From Micrococcales bacterium 32-70-13 (lineage in GTDB: Bacteria > Actinomycetota > Actinomycetes > Actinomycetales > Microbacteriaceae), in contig NCEJ01000001.1 of the NCBI GenBank assembly GCA_002280615.1, forward strand, positions 1-62,648: a DNA stretch of 62,648 nucleotides. The letters run 5' to 3'. Both the position numbers and the translations under genes were made by a program. Position 1 is the stretch's first letter. The number at the start of each line of letters is the position of its first letter. Below, in pieces: positions 21,420-31,224 of this stretch. A model generated the notes under the pieces. It saw only the letters and a program-made list of their open reading frames with translations, had not been told where the DNA came from and did no database searches.

Positions 21420-21909
21420 GCACGACTTCATGGCGGGGATTCGCCGTGATCAAGTCCGAGTCGCTGCGACCGCAGAAGTCTTCACTCCGACCGAACTCGT
21501 GATCGAGATGCTCCAGTACCTCAATCCTGAGATGCTCGCGCCAGGGAAGTCTGTTCTTGACCCAGCTTGTGGAGATGGTCAGTTTCTTGTTGCCGCGAAG
21601 TGGTTCAAGATTCTGCGTTTCGGGATGACTGAGGAAGCCGCGCTCAGAGACATCTACGGGGTGGACGTCATGCGGGACAACGTAGACCTATGCCAGCGAC
21701 GGCTCGGTGGCGGCACGATTCTCATGGGCAACACGCTTCGTCCCTCAGAACGTCTTCCGCTTCAGAGTATTCACGAACATGAGCAGATGATGATCCTCTT
21801 CAGCGAGTCCGCAGAGAAGGACGGCCGGAAGCGCAAACCTCGACTTGGCAAAGTCGGCGTTACTCATCGGGCCGTTGTTGGCGAGACGATGGCATCGACT
21901 CTGTTCTAG
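21376..21909 (+). CDS. DNA amino-methyltransferase half: SAM-binding motifs X-I-II-III
   Basis: AEVFTP, VLDPACGDGQFL, IYGVD, ILMGNTL; no NPPY/F; strong SD AGGAGGAGGT. Confidence 0.8.
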   Translation: MSKSIWHQVAERVNEHDFMAGIRRDQVRVAATAEVFTPTELVIEMLQYLNPEMLAPGKSVLDPACGDGQFLVAAKWFKILRFGMTEEAALRDIYGVDVMRDNVDLCQRRLGGGTILMGNTLRPSERLPLQSIHEHEQMMILFSESAEKDGRKRKPRLGKVGVTHRAVVGETMASTLF

Positions 21910-23048
21910 CTGCCCCCAAACACCCCTGCCGCAGCAAGGTCGAGGTAGAGGTTCGTTGATGTGGCAATCTCTTTACTCTTCCGAGGACGAATCTCTCCCC
22001 ATTCCAATTCGACCGGCACGCCTTTGTCGACCTTGAGCTGCTTTCCCTGGTAGGGCGGCTTGGGTCGGTGCCATGCGCCATTCGTGTTGATGGTGAGAGG
22101 AACATCCGCGGAGACCACGACCGCCCCGTTCGCTTCGAAGGAAAAACGAAGGCTCTGACCCGCCTTCACAACCTTGAAAGTCGTATTGGGATCATTGATC
22201 CGGGCGTACAGCTCTCTGAACCGCGGGTTCGTAATGCTGTCTGCAAACTGAAGACCGTCAAAGTAGAGGGCGTCCTCGCCACCGTCCAGATTGGCGCGTT
22301 CCAGAAACTTCTGTCTCACCACGTCATGGCCCAAGACGTCAAAAACACTCAAGAGAGTGTCCTGCGCCTGAGGAACGATCTCGGCCACGACGCCCTTGAC
22401 CGCCGCTTGATCGTAGTAGCGAAGGGTCAGTAGCCGACTCCTTACATGTTGCTGAAGGTCCACGAGCTTCATCAGGAGGGGAGCAAGATCAGCTCGTCCT
22501 TCGAAGGCGAGGACTGCATCTCTGTCTTTCGTATTGCTGCCCTTAAAGGACGTATCCGGGGTCCTTGGGTCAACGTAGGTACCCACTCCGTTTCTCTCAA
22601 ACACAAAACCCGCAGCGAACGAAAGGAAGGTCCCGCTCGACACCTGCGGTCGCTTGACGCCACCTGGCCCGACGTAGTTCTTGAGGCTGACGGCGTACGT
22701 GCGACTCGGTTCATCGATCGTGAGAATGAAATCGGCCTTCTTGCCCAGGTTCCGTAGCCGCGCCTCGTCAACCTCGAATGCGAACTTGCTTCCGGGAAAA
22801 GCGACTGCGAGCCTTTGCACAAAGGCGGGAACCTGAGCATCGGCGTTCGCCTTGTAGGCCGGGTATCGACTCCCAAAGTCTGAAATCGCCCAGTCCCGAT
22901 GAGCGATAGCGAGGTAGTCCACGAACTCCTGCCAGAGCTCTTTGGAATGCGGAAGAATCGCGACACCCATTTCCTCAGCGGTCTTCGCCATCAAGTACAC
23001 GGCATAGAACTCAGCCGCGTCCTGGGTTATGTGTTGATCCCGATCCAT
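21906..23048 (-). CDS. Putative type II restriction endonuclease (PD-(D/E)xK variant)
   Basis: N-terminal QDAAE helix, KADF...VSLK (D...SxK) motif; convergent with the MTase genes and shares a CTAG stop overlap. Confidence 0.5.
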   Translation of the reverse strand: MDRDQHITQDAAEFYAVYLMAKTAEEMGVAILPHSKELWQEFVDYLAIAHRDWAISDFGSRYPAYKANADAQVPAFVQRLAVAFPGSKFAFEVDEARLRNLGKKADFILTIDEPSRTYAVSLKNYVGPGGVKRPQVSSGTFLSFAAGFVFERNGVGTYVDPRTPDTSFKGSNTKDRDAVLAFEGRADLAPLLMKLVDLQQHVRSRLLTLRYYDQAAVKGVVAEIVPQAQDTLLSVFDVLGHDVVRQKFLERANLDGGEDALYFDGLQFADSITNPRFRELYARINDPNTTFKVVKAGQSLRFSFEANGAVVVSADVPLTINTNGAWHRPKPPYQGKQLKVDKGVPVELEWGEIRPRKSKEIATSTNLYLDLAAAGVFGGS

Positions 23049-23173
23049 AAAGTCAACCCTTCTAGCTCCGGCCCTAAAACGAGAAGGGCTCTTCTTAGGC
23101 TACTAAGGGAAGTGAGGATCAGCGCCACCCTGATTTTGACGAACCCGCGACTGGACCGAAGTCTGCTGTGGGC

Positions 23174-24166
23174 TCACGCGTCGAGCCACTTGTTCTCGAG
23201 GTGGTCGGCCGTCACCCGGCGGATGGTGCCCGAGCGCGAGCGCAGCACGATCGACTCGGTCGTGATGATGCCGTTCTCGCGCCGCACGCCGCGCACGAGC
23301 TCGCCGTCGGTCACGCCCGTGGCCACGAAGAAGGTGTTGTCGCTGCGCACGAGCTCGTCGGCCTCGTAGACGTGGTCGAACTTCAGCCCGGCGGCGAGCC
23401 CGCGGGCGCGCTCCTCGTCGCTGCCCGGCGCGAGACGGCCCTGGATGAAGCCGCCGAGCGCCTTCACGGCGCACGCCGTCGCGACGCCCTCGGGACTGCC
23501 GCCGATGCCGACGCACAGGTCGATGCGCGAGTCGTGCCGCGCCGCGTTGATGCCGCCGGCGACGTCGCCGTCGAGGATGAGCCGCGTGCCCGCCCCCGTC
23601 GCGCGGATCTCGGCGATGAGCTGCTCGTGCCGCGGCCGGTCGAGCACGGCGACGCGCATCTCGTCGACGGGCTTCTTCTTGGCCGCCGCGAGGGCGCGGA
23701 TGTTCTCGCCGATCGACTGGCGGATGTCGAGCACGCCGATGCCCTCGTGCCCGGCGACGAGCTTCTCCATGTAGAACACGCTCGAGGCGTCGAGCATCGA
23801 GCCGCGGTCGGCGACGGCGATCATCGAGATGGCGTGCCCGCGGCCCGCGGCCGTGAGCGAGGTGCCGTCGATGGGGTCGACGGCGATGTCGCACGCCGGG
23901 CCCTGGCCGTTCCCGACCACCTCGCCGTTGAAGAGCATGGGCGCGTTGTCTTTCTCTCCCTCGCCGATGACGACGAGGCCGCTGAAGTTGACGGTGCCCA
24001 GGAACTTGCGCATCGCATCCACCGCCGCCCCGTCGGCCGCGAGCTTGTCGCCCTTGCCGATGAAGGGGGCCGAGCGGATGGCGGCCGCCTCGGTCGCGCG
24101 CACGAGCTCCATCGCGAGGTTGCGGTCGGGGTGCAGGAACAGGGTTCCGGTCTCAGTAGTCACCAC
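23174..24166 (-). CDS. glpX: Class II fructose-1,6-bisphosphatase
   Basis: LAMELVRATEAAA, VIGEGEKD.APM, VDPIDGT, DGDVAG, ATGVTDG. Confidence 0.96.
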   Translation of the reverse strand: MVTTETGTLFLHPDRNLAMELVRATEAAAIRSAPFIGKGDKLAADGAAVDAMRKFLGTVNFSGLVVIGEGEKDNAPMLFNGEVVGNGQGPACDIAVDPIDGTSLTAAGRGHAISMIAVADRGSMLDASSVFYMEKLVAGHEGIGVLDIRQSIGENIRALAAAKKKPVDEMRVAVLDRPRHEQLIAEIRATGAGTRLILDGDVAGGINAARHDSRIDLCVGIGGSPEGVATACAVKALGGFIQGRLAPGSDEERARGLAAGLKFDHVYEADELVRSDNTFFVATGVTDGELVRGVRRENGIITTESIVLRSRSGTIRRVTADHLENKWLDA

Positions 24167-24233
24167 CGCCCCAGGCTATCGGCCGCTGGCTAGACTCGAA
24201 CCGCTTCCACCCCAGACCAGCACGAGGAGAATC

Positions 24234-25262
24234 ATGCCCATCGCCACCCCCGAGCAGTACGCCGAGATGCTCGACAAGGCCAAGAAGGGCGGGTTCGCCT
24301 ACCCCGCCATCAACGTGTCGTCGTCGTCGACGATCAACGCGGTGCTGCAGGGGCTCAGCGAGGCCGGCTCCGACGGCATCCTGCAGGTGACGACGGGCGG
24401 CGCTGACTACTTCGCCGGCCAGAGCGTCAAGGCGCGCGCCTCGGGCGCCCTCGCCTTCGCCGCGTTCGCGACCGAGGTCGCCAAGAACTACCCCGTCACC
24501 GTGGCCCTGCACACCGACCACTGCCCGAAAGACGCGCTCGACGGCTTCGTCATGCCCCTCATCGCCGCCAGTGAGGCCGAGGTCAAGGCCGGCCGCAACC
24601 CCATCTTCCAGTCGCACATGTGGGATGGCTCGGCCGTGCCGCTCGCCGAGAACCTCGAGATCGCCCGCGACCTCCTCCCCCGCATGAAGGCCATCCACGC
24701 CATCCTGGAGGTCGAGATCGGCGTCGTCGGCGGCGAGGAAGACGGCGTGCAGCACGAGGGCTCGAACGACGCGCTCTACACGACGCTCGGCGACGTCACC
24801 GCCGCGGTCGAGGCCCTCGGCCTCGGCGAGCAGGGCCGCTACATGGCCGCCCTCACCTTCGGCAACGTGCACGGCGTCTACAAGCCCGGCAACGTCAAGC
24901 TGCGCCCCGAGCTGCTGGCCGAGATCCAGCAGGGCATCCAAGCGAAATATGGCACGGATGCCCTCCCGCTCGACCTCGTCTTCCACGGCGGTTCCGGCTC
25001 GACCGACGACGAGATCTCGACGGCCGTGGGGAACGGCGTCATCAAGATGAACATCGACACCGACACGCAGTACGCCTTCAGCCGCTCGGTGGCCGACTCG
25101 GTGCTCAAGAACTACGACGGGTTCCTCAAGGTCGACGGCGAGATGGGCAACAAGAAGGTCTACGACCCGCGCGCCTGGGGCAAGACCGCCGAGACCGCGA
25201 TGGCGAAGCGCGTCGTCGAGGCCACGCAGCAGCTCGGCTCGGCGGGGCACTCGGGCCGCTAG
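24234..25262 (+). CDS. fbaA: Class II fructose-bisphosphate aldolase
   Basis: MPIATPEQY, LHTDHC, SHMWDGS, FGNVHGVY, FHGGSG, KMNIDTD. Confidence 0.96.
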   Translation: MPIATPEQYAEMLDKAKKGGFAYPAINVSSSSTINAVLQGLSEAGSDGILQVTTGGADYFAGQSVKARASGALAFAAFATEVAKNYPVTVALHTDHCPKDALDGFVMPLIAASEAEVKAGRNPIFQSHMWDGSAVPLAENLEIARDLLPRMKAIHAILEVEIGVVGGEEDGVQHEGSNDALYTTLGDVTAAVEALGLGEQGRYMAALTFGNVHGVYKPGNVKLRPELLAEIQQGIQAKYGTDALPLDLVFHGGSGSTDDEISTAVGNGVIKMNIDTDTQYAFSRSVADSVLKNYDGFLKVDGEMGNKKVYDPRAWGKTAETAMAKRVVEATQQLGSAGHSGR

Positions 25263-25274
25263 GCCGCCCGACCG

Positions 25275-26492
25275 CTAGGCGCTCGGCCGGTCGTCGCGAT
25301 CGCGCGCGACCGGCCCGCCGGGGCTGCCCGGTTCCGGGGTGCGCTGCACCGCCGTGCGCCCGCCGCCCGTGCCGACGACCTCGAACTCGACCGCCGTCAC
25401 GGGGCCCGAGCGCCAGCGCAGGTTCTCGACCGTCGAGCGCAGGCTGACGTAGTAGGGCGCGAGGAAGGTCTCGCGGCGGCCCTCGGGCAGCGTGCTGAGG
25501 ATGCGCAGGGCGACGGCAATGCCGCCGCCGCTCGTGCGGCGCAGCTCGACGCGGGCCGAGCCGAGCTGCTGCTCCGGATCGCCGAGCAGGGCGTCGAGCA
25601 GGGCGCGCATGGCCGTGCGCTGGGCCAGATCGAGGCCCTCCGCCAGCCGGTCGGGGTCGTCGACCGACACGGCTCGGCCATCGGCGACGCGCTCGATCCA
25701 CGTGCGGTCGACCTCGCCGGTCAGCTCGCTGCGCAGCCGGTCGGCGATCGCCGCCGCCCGAACCGTGTCGCCGCGCGTGACCGTGCCGCGCTCGAGCACC
25801 GCGGCGATGAAGGCCGTGGCCGGCGCAATGCGGGCGCCCGTGATCTGATCGACCGCGGCGATCAGCTCGTCATCGGCAGAGCCGGCAGGCGCGACCTCGA
25901 GCGGGCGCTCGCTCCACCGGCTGAGCGCGACCGTGATGGCGCGGATCATGACGATGCCCCCGAGCGCCCCGATGAGGATCGGGAAGAGCGTGATGGCCAC
26001 GGTCGACAGGGGCGGCCAGCTCGGGTCGTCCGGCACGACGAGCACGAGGGTCACTGCGGCGCCCACTGCGAGCAGGAGCCCGCCGAGGAGGGCCAGTCGC
26101 AGCACGGTCGAGTACGGCAGCATCGCGAGCAGCAGCAGCGACACGGCGAGCGGCGCCCACCACAGCTCGAGCGCGAACGCCTCACCGCGATACCCGACCG
26201 CCGACACGACGAGCGCCGTCGCCGACAGGGCTACGGCGACGAGCGCGCGCCCGAGCGTGAACTCCCCGCGCCGCGGACGTGAAGCCACGTGCACCCAGAG
26301 CAGGGCGAGCACCGCGAGCGCGAGCGCACCCGCCTGCACGAGGGGCCGCGATCCGGCCTGACCGAAGGGTCCGAGCACGACGACGCCGTGCACGAGCACG
26401 AGACCGGCCGCCGCGAGCGGAAGGTTCGGCGTCGTGAACCAGCTGAGTGGGTCGGCGTCCCACAGGCTCCGGCGCCATGATCCCGATCTCAC
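25275..26492 (-). CDS. Multi-pass membrane protein, partner of kinase-like protein (copy 2)
   Basis: 5-6 TM plus cytoplasmic tail; paralog of 27670-28884 (FALELWWAP, QR.A..AL.D.L, LPEGRR...LAPYY). Confidence 0.75.
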   Translation of the reverse strand: MRSGSWRRSLWDADPLSWFTTPNLPLAAAGLVLVHGVVVLGPFGQAGSRPLVQAGALALAVLALLWVHVASRPRRGEFTLGRALVAVALSATALVVSAVGYRGEAFALELWWAPLAVSLLLLAMLPYSTVLRLALLGGLLLAVGAAVTLVLVVPDDPSWPPLSTVAITLFPILIGALGGIVMIRAITVALSRWSERPLEVAPAGSADDELIAAVDQITGARIAPATAFIAAVLERGTVTRGDTVRAAAIADRLRSELTGEVDRTWIERVADGRAVSVDDPDRLAEGLDLAQRTAMRALLDALLGDPEQQLGSARVELRRTSGGGIAVALRILSTLPEGRRETFLAPYYVSLRSTVENLRWRSGPVTAVEFEVVGTGGGRTAVQRTPEPGSPGGPVARDRDDRPSA

Positions 26493-27673
26493 GAGCCCGC
26501 ACCCGATGTCGGAACCGTCATCATGACGGTCGTTCCGTCGGGCCCCGACCAGAGCCGCACGGTGCCGCCGACCTGGACGATGCGCTGCTCGACCGACATG
26601 CGCAGGCCGAGGCGGTCGTCGCCCACCTCTGTCGCGGCGAACCCGTGGCCGTCATCGACGATGAGCACGGTGAGGGCGCCATCACGGATGCCCGTCACGA
26701 GCTCGGCGCGATCCGTGCCCGCGTGCTTGACGACGTTGTCGAGCGCCGCCCGGGCCGCACCGACCACCGCATGCCGGGTCGCCGCCGGCACCTCGTCTGA
26801 GAGCAGCTCGGCGCCGCTCACGTCGACACGCACGCCGCTCCACTGGTACTCGTGGGCGAGCTCGAGCAGGGCATCCCCCAGCGCGCTCCCCGCGGTCGAG
26901 GGCGCTGAGGGCTCCGCGACCGTCGCGGCGGCGGCGACCGCGAGGTGATCCTCGAGCACCGATCGGGCGCGCGGCGAGAGCGGGCCCGGCGATCGGGCGA
27001 TGACGGCGAGATCGGCGAGCACGGTATCGTGCACGAGGCTCGCCGCGCGCTGCTCGAGCAGCCGTCGGCGGTCGGCGCCGAGCACGTCGTCGGCCGCCGA
27101 GGCGAGGGGTTCGAGCTGCCGGGAGGCCTGCCGCTGCGCGAGCCCGAGCGTGAGGTATGCCACGAGCGAGATCATGAACACGATGAACGGGCCGGCACCG
27201 AGCCCCACCGCGCTGCCGGCGAGGGCGAGCCCCAGCACGACGCTGAGCTGAGCGACGATGTAGGCCGCGATCGACCAGACGACGCCGCTGAGCGCACGAC
27301 CGCTCACCGCGCCCACGAGGCACACAGCCGTCGCGACGCGGTTGAGCAGGTAGGGCCCCGGGTCGTCGAACACCGGATCGACCGCGAGGGCGATGACGGG
27401 AACCGCGACCGAGCAGACCGCCCCGCCCGCGATGAAGAGCACGGCCGTGACGGCGCCCGGGCGCCAGAGCAGCACGAGGGCCAGCAGGCCGATGGCGAGG
27501 AAGGGTGCGATGACGAGCGGGATCTGCTCGGTGTAGCCCTGCGCGATGAGCACGTCGGCGACGATCGCCGCGGCGATCACCGCCCCGACCGCTGCGACGA
27601 CGCGCTGCGTCGTCGCCAGCCCCCGAACGGTGATGCGCGCTGCCACCGCCCGCGGCAGCGCGACGCTCGTCAT
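26489..27673 (-). CDS. Membrane sensor histidine kinase-like protein (HisKA_3/HATPase_c), copy 2
   Basis: TMs, LVHDTVL H-box, DNVVKHAG, VDDGHGF, RLGLRMS..GG. Confidence 0.82.
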   Translation of the reverse strand: MTSVALPRAVAARITVRGLATTQRVVAAVGAVIAAAIVADVLIAQGYTEQIPLVIAPFLAIGLLALVLLWRPGAVTAVLFIAGGAVCSVAVPVIALAVDPVFDDPGPYLLNRVATAVCLVGAVSGRALSGVVWSIAAYIVAQLSVVLGLALAGSAVGLGAGPFIVFMISLVAYLTLGLAQRQASRQLEPLASAADDVLGADRRRLLEQRAASLVHDTVLADLAVIARSPGPLSPRARSVLEDHLAVAAAATVAEPSAPSTAGSALGDALLELAHEYQWSGVRVDVSGAELLSDEVPAATRHAVVGAARAALDNVVKHAGTDRAELVTGIRDGALTVLIVDDGHGFAATEVGDDRLGLRMSVEQRIVQVGGTVRLWSGPDGTTVMMTVPTSGAGS

Positions 27674-28884
27674 GGCCGCTCGCTGTCGACGTCGAAGGTG
27701 ACGACGAGCGACTCGCCGCCCCGCCACTCGATACGCCGCACGACCGACTTCACGGTCAAATAGTACGGCGCGAGCACCGCCGTCCGGCGGCCCTCCGGCA
27801 GGGCGAGTCCGACCGTGACGGCCACGGCGACGGCATCGTCGGCGGCGGGCGCCAGGTCGAGACGGGCCCCGAATACCCCCGCCTCGGGGTCGCTGAACAG
27901 CCCGTCGACGAGCGCGATGATGGCGGCCCGCTGGTCGACGGTGATCGTGTCGGCGAGGCGGAACGGGTCGGTCACGTACACCGGTCGGCCGGCGACGTGC
28001 GCCGCGAGCCAGCTCTGGTCGCCGCGCTCGACGAGCGCTCTGCGCATGTCGCGCGCGAGGCGGGCCGCTGCGCGGCGGTCGCGGTCGTGCAGCGCCGGCG
28101 CACCCTCGAGGCGCTCGAGGAAGGGCACGACCGCGGTCGAGAACCGCCCCCCGGTGATGCGGTCGACGACCGCGGCCGCGGGCTCGACCGCGTCGTCATC
28201 GGGTGCCGAGCCGCCGATGCCCCGACGCCAGCCCAGCACCGCCGTCACGAGCGTGCGATTGAGCACGATGCCGCCGATCACGGCGAAGACGGGCGTCGAG
28301 GTGATGACGACGACGTCGGCGATCGGCAGGTCGCTGCCGCGCTCGGCCGCGACGAACCCCGCGGCGGTCGCCGTCGCGGCGACCACGAGCAGTGCTCCGG
28401 GCACGAAGACCCGCCCCGCCACGAAGGGGCTCGTCGCCATGACGATGAGGGATGCGCAGACGGGCGCCCACCACAGCTCGAGGGCGAACAGGGGGTCGGC
28501 GGGCGACGGCAGCAGGGCATCCACGACGGGGAAGACCGCTCGCCGGTCGACGAGCGCGAGCGCCGACATCATGACGGCGAGCGACGCGAGGCCGAAGATG
28601 AGGGCCGCGCGCCGGGTGCGGAAGCGATCGCGGGAGGGCAGAGCCCCCCGGTGGATCGCGTAGGCCGCGCCCGTCATGACGACGACGACGACGAACTGGA
28701 ACGCCGGCCGGTACCCGCCCTGGCCGCCGATGAGCACGGCCGAGAGCCCGAACAGGGCGATGGCGAGCGTGACCCAGCTGCTCACGAGCGACGACGTGAG
28801 CCAGCTCAGGGTGTCGATGTCGAGCGACGAGCGCCGCCACCAGCTGAGGGTGTCGAGGCGCCGCGGTGCCGCGGTGCCGGTCAC
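27670..28884 (-). CDS. Multi-pass membrane protein, partner of kinase-like protein (copy 1)
   Basis: GTG overlaps the upstream TGA; paralog of 25275-26492. Confidence 0.72.
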   Translation of the reverse strand: MTGTAAPRRLDTLSWWRRSSLDIDTLSWLTSSLVSSWVTLAIALFGLSAVLIGGQGGYRPAFQFVVVVVMTGAAYAIHRGALPSRDRFRTRRAALIFGLASLAVMMSALALVDRRAVFPVVDALLPSPADPLFALELWWAPVCASLIVMATSPFVAGRVFVPGALLVVAATATAAGFVAAERGSDLPIADVVVITSTPVFAVIGGIVLNRTLVTAVLGWRRGIGGSAPDDDAVEPAAAVVDRITGGRFSTAVVPFLERLEGAPALHDRDRRAAARLARDMRRALVERGDQSWLAAHVAGRPVYVTDPFRLADTITVDQRAAIIALVDGLFSDPEAGVFGARLDLAPAADDAVAVAVTVGLALPEGRRTAVLAPYYLTVKSVVRRIEWRGGESLVVTFDVDSERP

Positions 28885-30098
28885 GACGCCGCCTCGATCG
28901 GCACCGACAGCATGACCGTCGTGCCGGACTCGTTCGACCACACGCGCGCGGCCCCGCCGACGCGTGTGAGCCGCCCGTGGATCGACTCGCGAAGCCCCAG
29001 CCGGTCGTCGGCCACCTCGTCGACCGCGAAGCCGCTCCCGCCGTCGACGACGAGCACGGTGACGGCGCGCGCCGTGCGGCCGACCGTCACCTCGGCGCGA
29101 TCGGTGCCCGCGTGGCGCAGCACGTTCTCGAGCGCGGCCGTCATCGCCGCGAGCACGGCCTCGCTCGCGGGCTCGCTCACGACCGGGGCTCCGGCGAGGA
29201 TCTCGGCTCCGGTGAGGTCGACGCGCAGCCCGCGCCAGCGCAGGTCGTCGACGATCGCGAGCATGCGCGCCGCGACCGAGCCCTCGACGGGGGCGGCGCT
29301 CACCACACCGACCGAGGTCGCGGTCGCCTGGGCCACGGCATCCAGATCGCGCCGGATGCCCTGCCGCACCCGGTCGTCGAGCCGGGCGTCGTCGCGCTCG
29401 AGCAGCGTGAGCGAGGCGAGCACGGTGTCGTGCACGAGCGCCGCGGCCGCGCGCTCGCGCTGCCGGGCCGCGTTCTGGCGGCGCGAGAGCGCCGCGGCAT
29501 CTGGCAGCTCGGGAACCCGATCGCGCCGCCGCCGCCCGCCGATCGCGATGACCGCGTAGGCCACGATCATGATGATGGCGTCGACGAGGCGGTCGGGCGA
29601 GAGGGCGAGCGGGCGACCGGCGATGAGGTGCCCGGCGACGAGCGAGACCGTTCCGGCCAGCAGCCCGACCCCCACCCAGAGCACGCCGTCGGCCGCGCTC
29701 GGCCGCACGGCGCCGATGAACAGCAGGGCCCAGGCGAGCGACTCGACGAGGAACAGCCCGCGCGACTGCTCGGGGGTGTACGCGGTGAGCAGCGTCGCGA
29801 CGAAGCCCGTGCCGGCGATCGTGCCGATCACGACCAGCGCGCTCGCGACGGGCACGGTGGGGCGTACCACGAGCACGACCGCGGTCGCGAACGCGGGCGA
29901 CCACCACAGCAGCAGGGCCAGCAGGGCGCTCGCGTCGCTCGAGCGCACGGCGACCTCGATCATGAGCGCGAGCACGAGCAGCAGCGAGACGGGGCCGATG
30001 ACTCTCTGGGCCGAGCCGAGACCGCGCACGAGGGCAGCGGCCGTGACCTCCCGCGGCGGCGGCGCGGGTCGCACCGGGGGCGGGGCGGTCGCGCTCAT
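28881..30098 (-). CDS. Membrane sensor histidine kinase-like protein (HisKA_3/HATPase_c), copy 1
   Basis: LVHDTVL, ENVLRHAG, VDGGSGF, RLGLRES..GG. Confidence 0.82.
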   Translation of the reverse strand: MSATAPPPVRPAPPPREVTAAALVRGLGSAQRVIGPVSLLLVLALMIEVAVRSSDASALLALLLWWSPAFATAVVLVVRPTVPVASALVVIGTIAGTGFVATLLTAYTPEQSRGLFLVESLAWALLFIGAVRPSAADGVLWVGVGLLAGTVSLVAGHLIAGRPLALSPDRLVDAIIMIVAYAVIAIGGRRRRDRVPELPDAAALSRRQNAARQRERAAAALVHDTVLASLTLLERDDARLDDRVRQGIRRDLDAVAQATATSVGVVSAAPVEGSVAARMLAIVDDLRWRGLRVDLTGAEILAGAPVVSEPASEAVLAAMTAALENVLRHAGTDRAEVTVGRTARAVTVLVVDGGSGFAVDEVADDRLGLRESIHGRLTRVGGAARVWSNESGTTVMLSVPIEAAS

Positions 30099-30111
30099 CG
30101 CGGTCAGCCGA

Positions 30112-31188
30112 TCAGCCGCTGATACGCCCGCCGAGCGCGCGCTCGTCGACGTTGCCGTCTTTATCGCGACGCAGCTCCTTCGGCAGCGAGAACTGCAGGT
30201 CCTCCTCCGCCGTCTTGACCTCGTCGATCGCGTCGAAGCCGGCGTCGCGTAGGTCGGCGAGCACCTGCTCGACGAGCACCTCGGGCACGCTCGCGCCGCT
30301 CGTGACGCCGACGGTCGCGACGCCGTCGAGCCAGGCCTGCTCGATCTCGCTCGCGTAGTCGACGCGGTACGCGGCCTTCGCGCCGTACTCGAGCGCGACC
30401 TCGACGAGGCGAACGCTGTTCGAGCTGTTGGCCGAGCCCACGACGATCACGAGGTCGGTCTCGGGCGCGACCTTCTTGATCGCCACCTGGCGGTTCTGGG
30501 TGGCGTAGCAGATGTCGTCGCTCGGCGGGTCTTGCAGGTGCGGGAACCGCGCGCGCAGGCGCCGCACGGTCTCCATCGTCTCGTCGACGCTCAGCGTCGT
30601 CTGCGAGAGCCAGATGAGCTCGTCGGCCTCGGGCACCTCGACGGTGTCGGCCTCGTCGGGCGTGCCGATGAGGATCATGCGCTCGGGGGCGTGGCCCATC
30701 GTGCCCTCGACCTCCTCGTGGCCGGCGTGGCCGATGAGCAGGATGCGGTAGTCCTGCTTCGCGAAGCGCACGGCTTCGCGGTGCACCTTGGTCACGAGCG
30801 GGCAGGTGGCGTCGATCGCGAGCAGGTCGCGGTCGGCGGCGCCCTGCACGACGGCGGGGCTCACGCCGTGCGCCGAGAACACGATGTGCGAGCCGGTCGG
30901 AACCTCGTCGACCTCGTCGACGAAGATCGCGCCCTGCTTCTCGAGCTCGCTCACGACGTGCACGTTGTGCACGATCTGCTTGCGCACGTAGACGGGCGCG
31001 CCGTACTGCTCGAGCGCCTTCTCGACGGCGATGACCGCCCGGTCGACGCCTGCGCAGTAGCCGCGCGGCGCGGCGAGCAGCACGCGCTTCGGGCGGTCGA
31101 CCTCGACCGGCCGCAGCCGCTCGCGCCGCTGCGGGATGACGGGTGCGGTCAGGGTCGAGCCCAGGGCGCCGTTCGAGATCGTGCTCAC
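30112..31188 (-). CDS. ispH: 4-hydroxy-3-methylbut-2-enyl diphosphate reductase
   Basis: [40 protein letters not shown]. Confidence 0.97.
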   Translation of the reverse strand: MSTISNGALGSTLTAPVIPQRRERLRPVEVDRPKRVLLAAPRGYCAGVDRAVIAVEKALEQYGAPVYVRKQIVHNVHVVSELEKQGAIFVDEVDEVPTGSHIVFSAHGVSPAVVQGAADRDLLAIDATCPLVTKVHREAVRFAKQDYRILLIGHAGHEEVEGTMGHAPERMILIGTPDEADTVEVPEADELIWLSQTTLSVDETMETVRRLRARFPHLQDPPSDDICYATQNRQVAIKKVAPETDLVIVVGSANSSNSVRLVEVALEYGAKAAYRVDYASEIEQAWLDGVATVGVTSGASVPEVLVEQVLADLRDAGFDAIDEVKTAEEDLQFSLPKELRRDKDGNVDERALGGRISG

Positions 31189-31224
31189 GGGCCCAGTCTA
31201 CGAGGGGCCGTCTGCGCGAATCCC

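Larger units (their letters stand above)
20400..23165. other. Horizontally acquired AT-richer island (putative restriction-modification locus)
   Basis: Abrupt shift to many A/T-ending codons relative to the flanks; boundaries approximate; no integrase seen. Confidence 0.8.

Noticed and set aside
20499-21909. Single MTase broken by a frameshift (pseudogene)
   Set aside because: Disfavoured: the second ORF has its own strong SD and an in-frame stop at 21355, and the first ORF ends in a natural-looking C-terminal motif (VY.HF.L..EEV.YVE). Not fully excluded without homolog comparison.
20390-23170. att sites or terminal inverted repeats around the RM-like island (GGGTTCG near 20400 vs CGAACCC near 23140)
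   Set aside because: Match is only 7-8 bp and there is no integrase or transposase, so the boundary mechanism cannot be supported.
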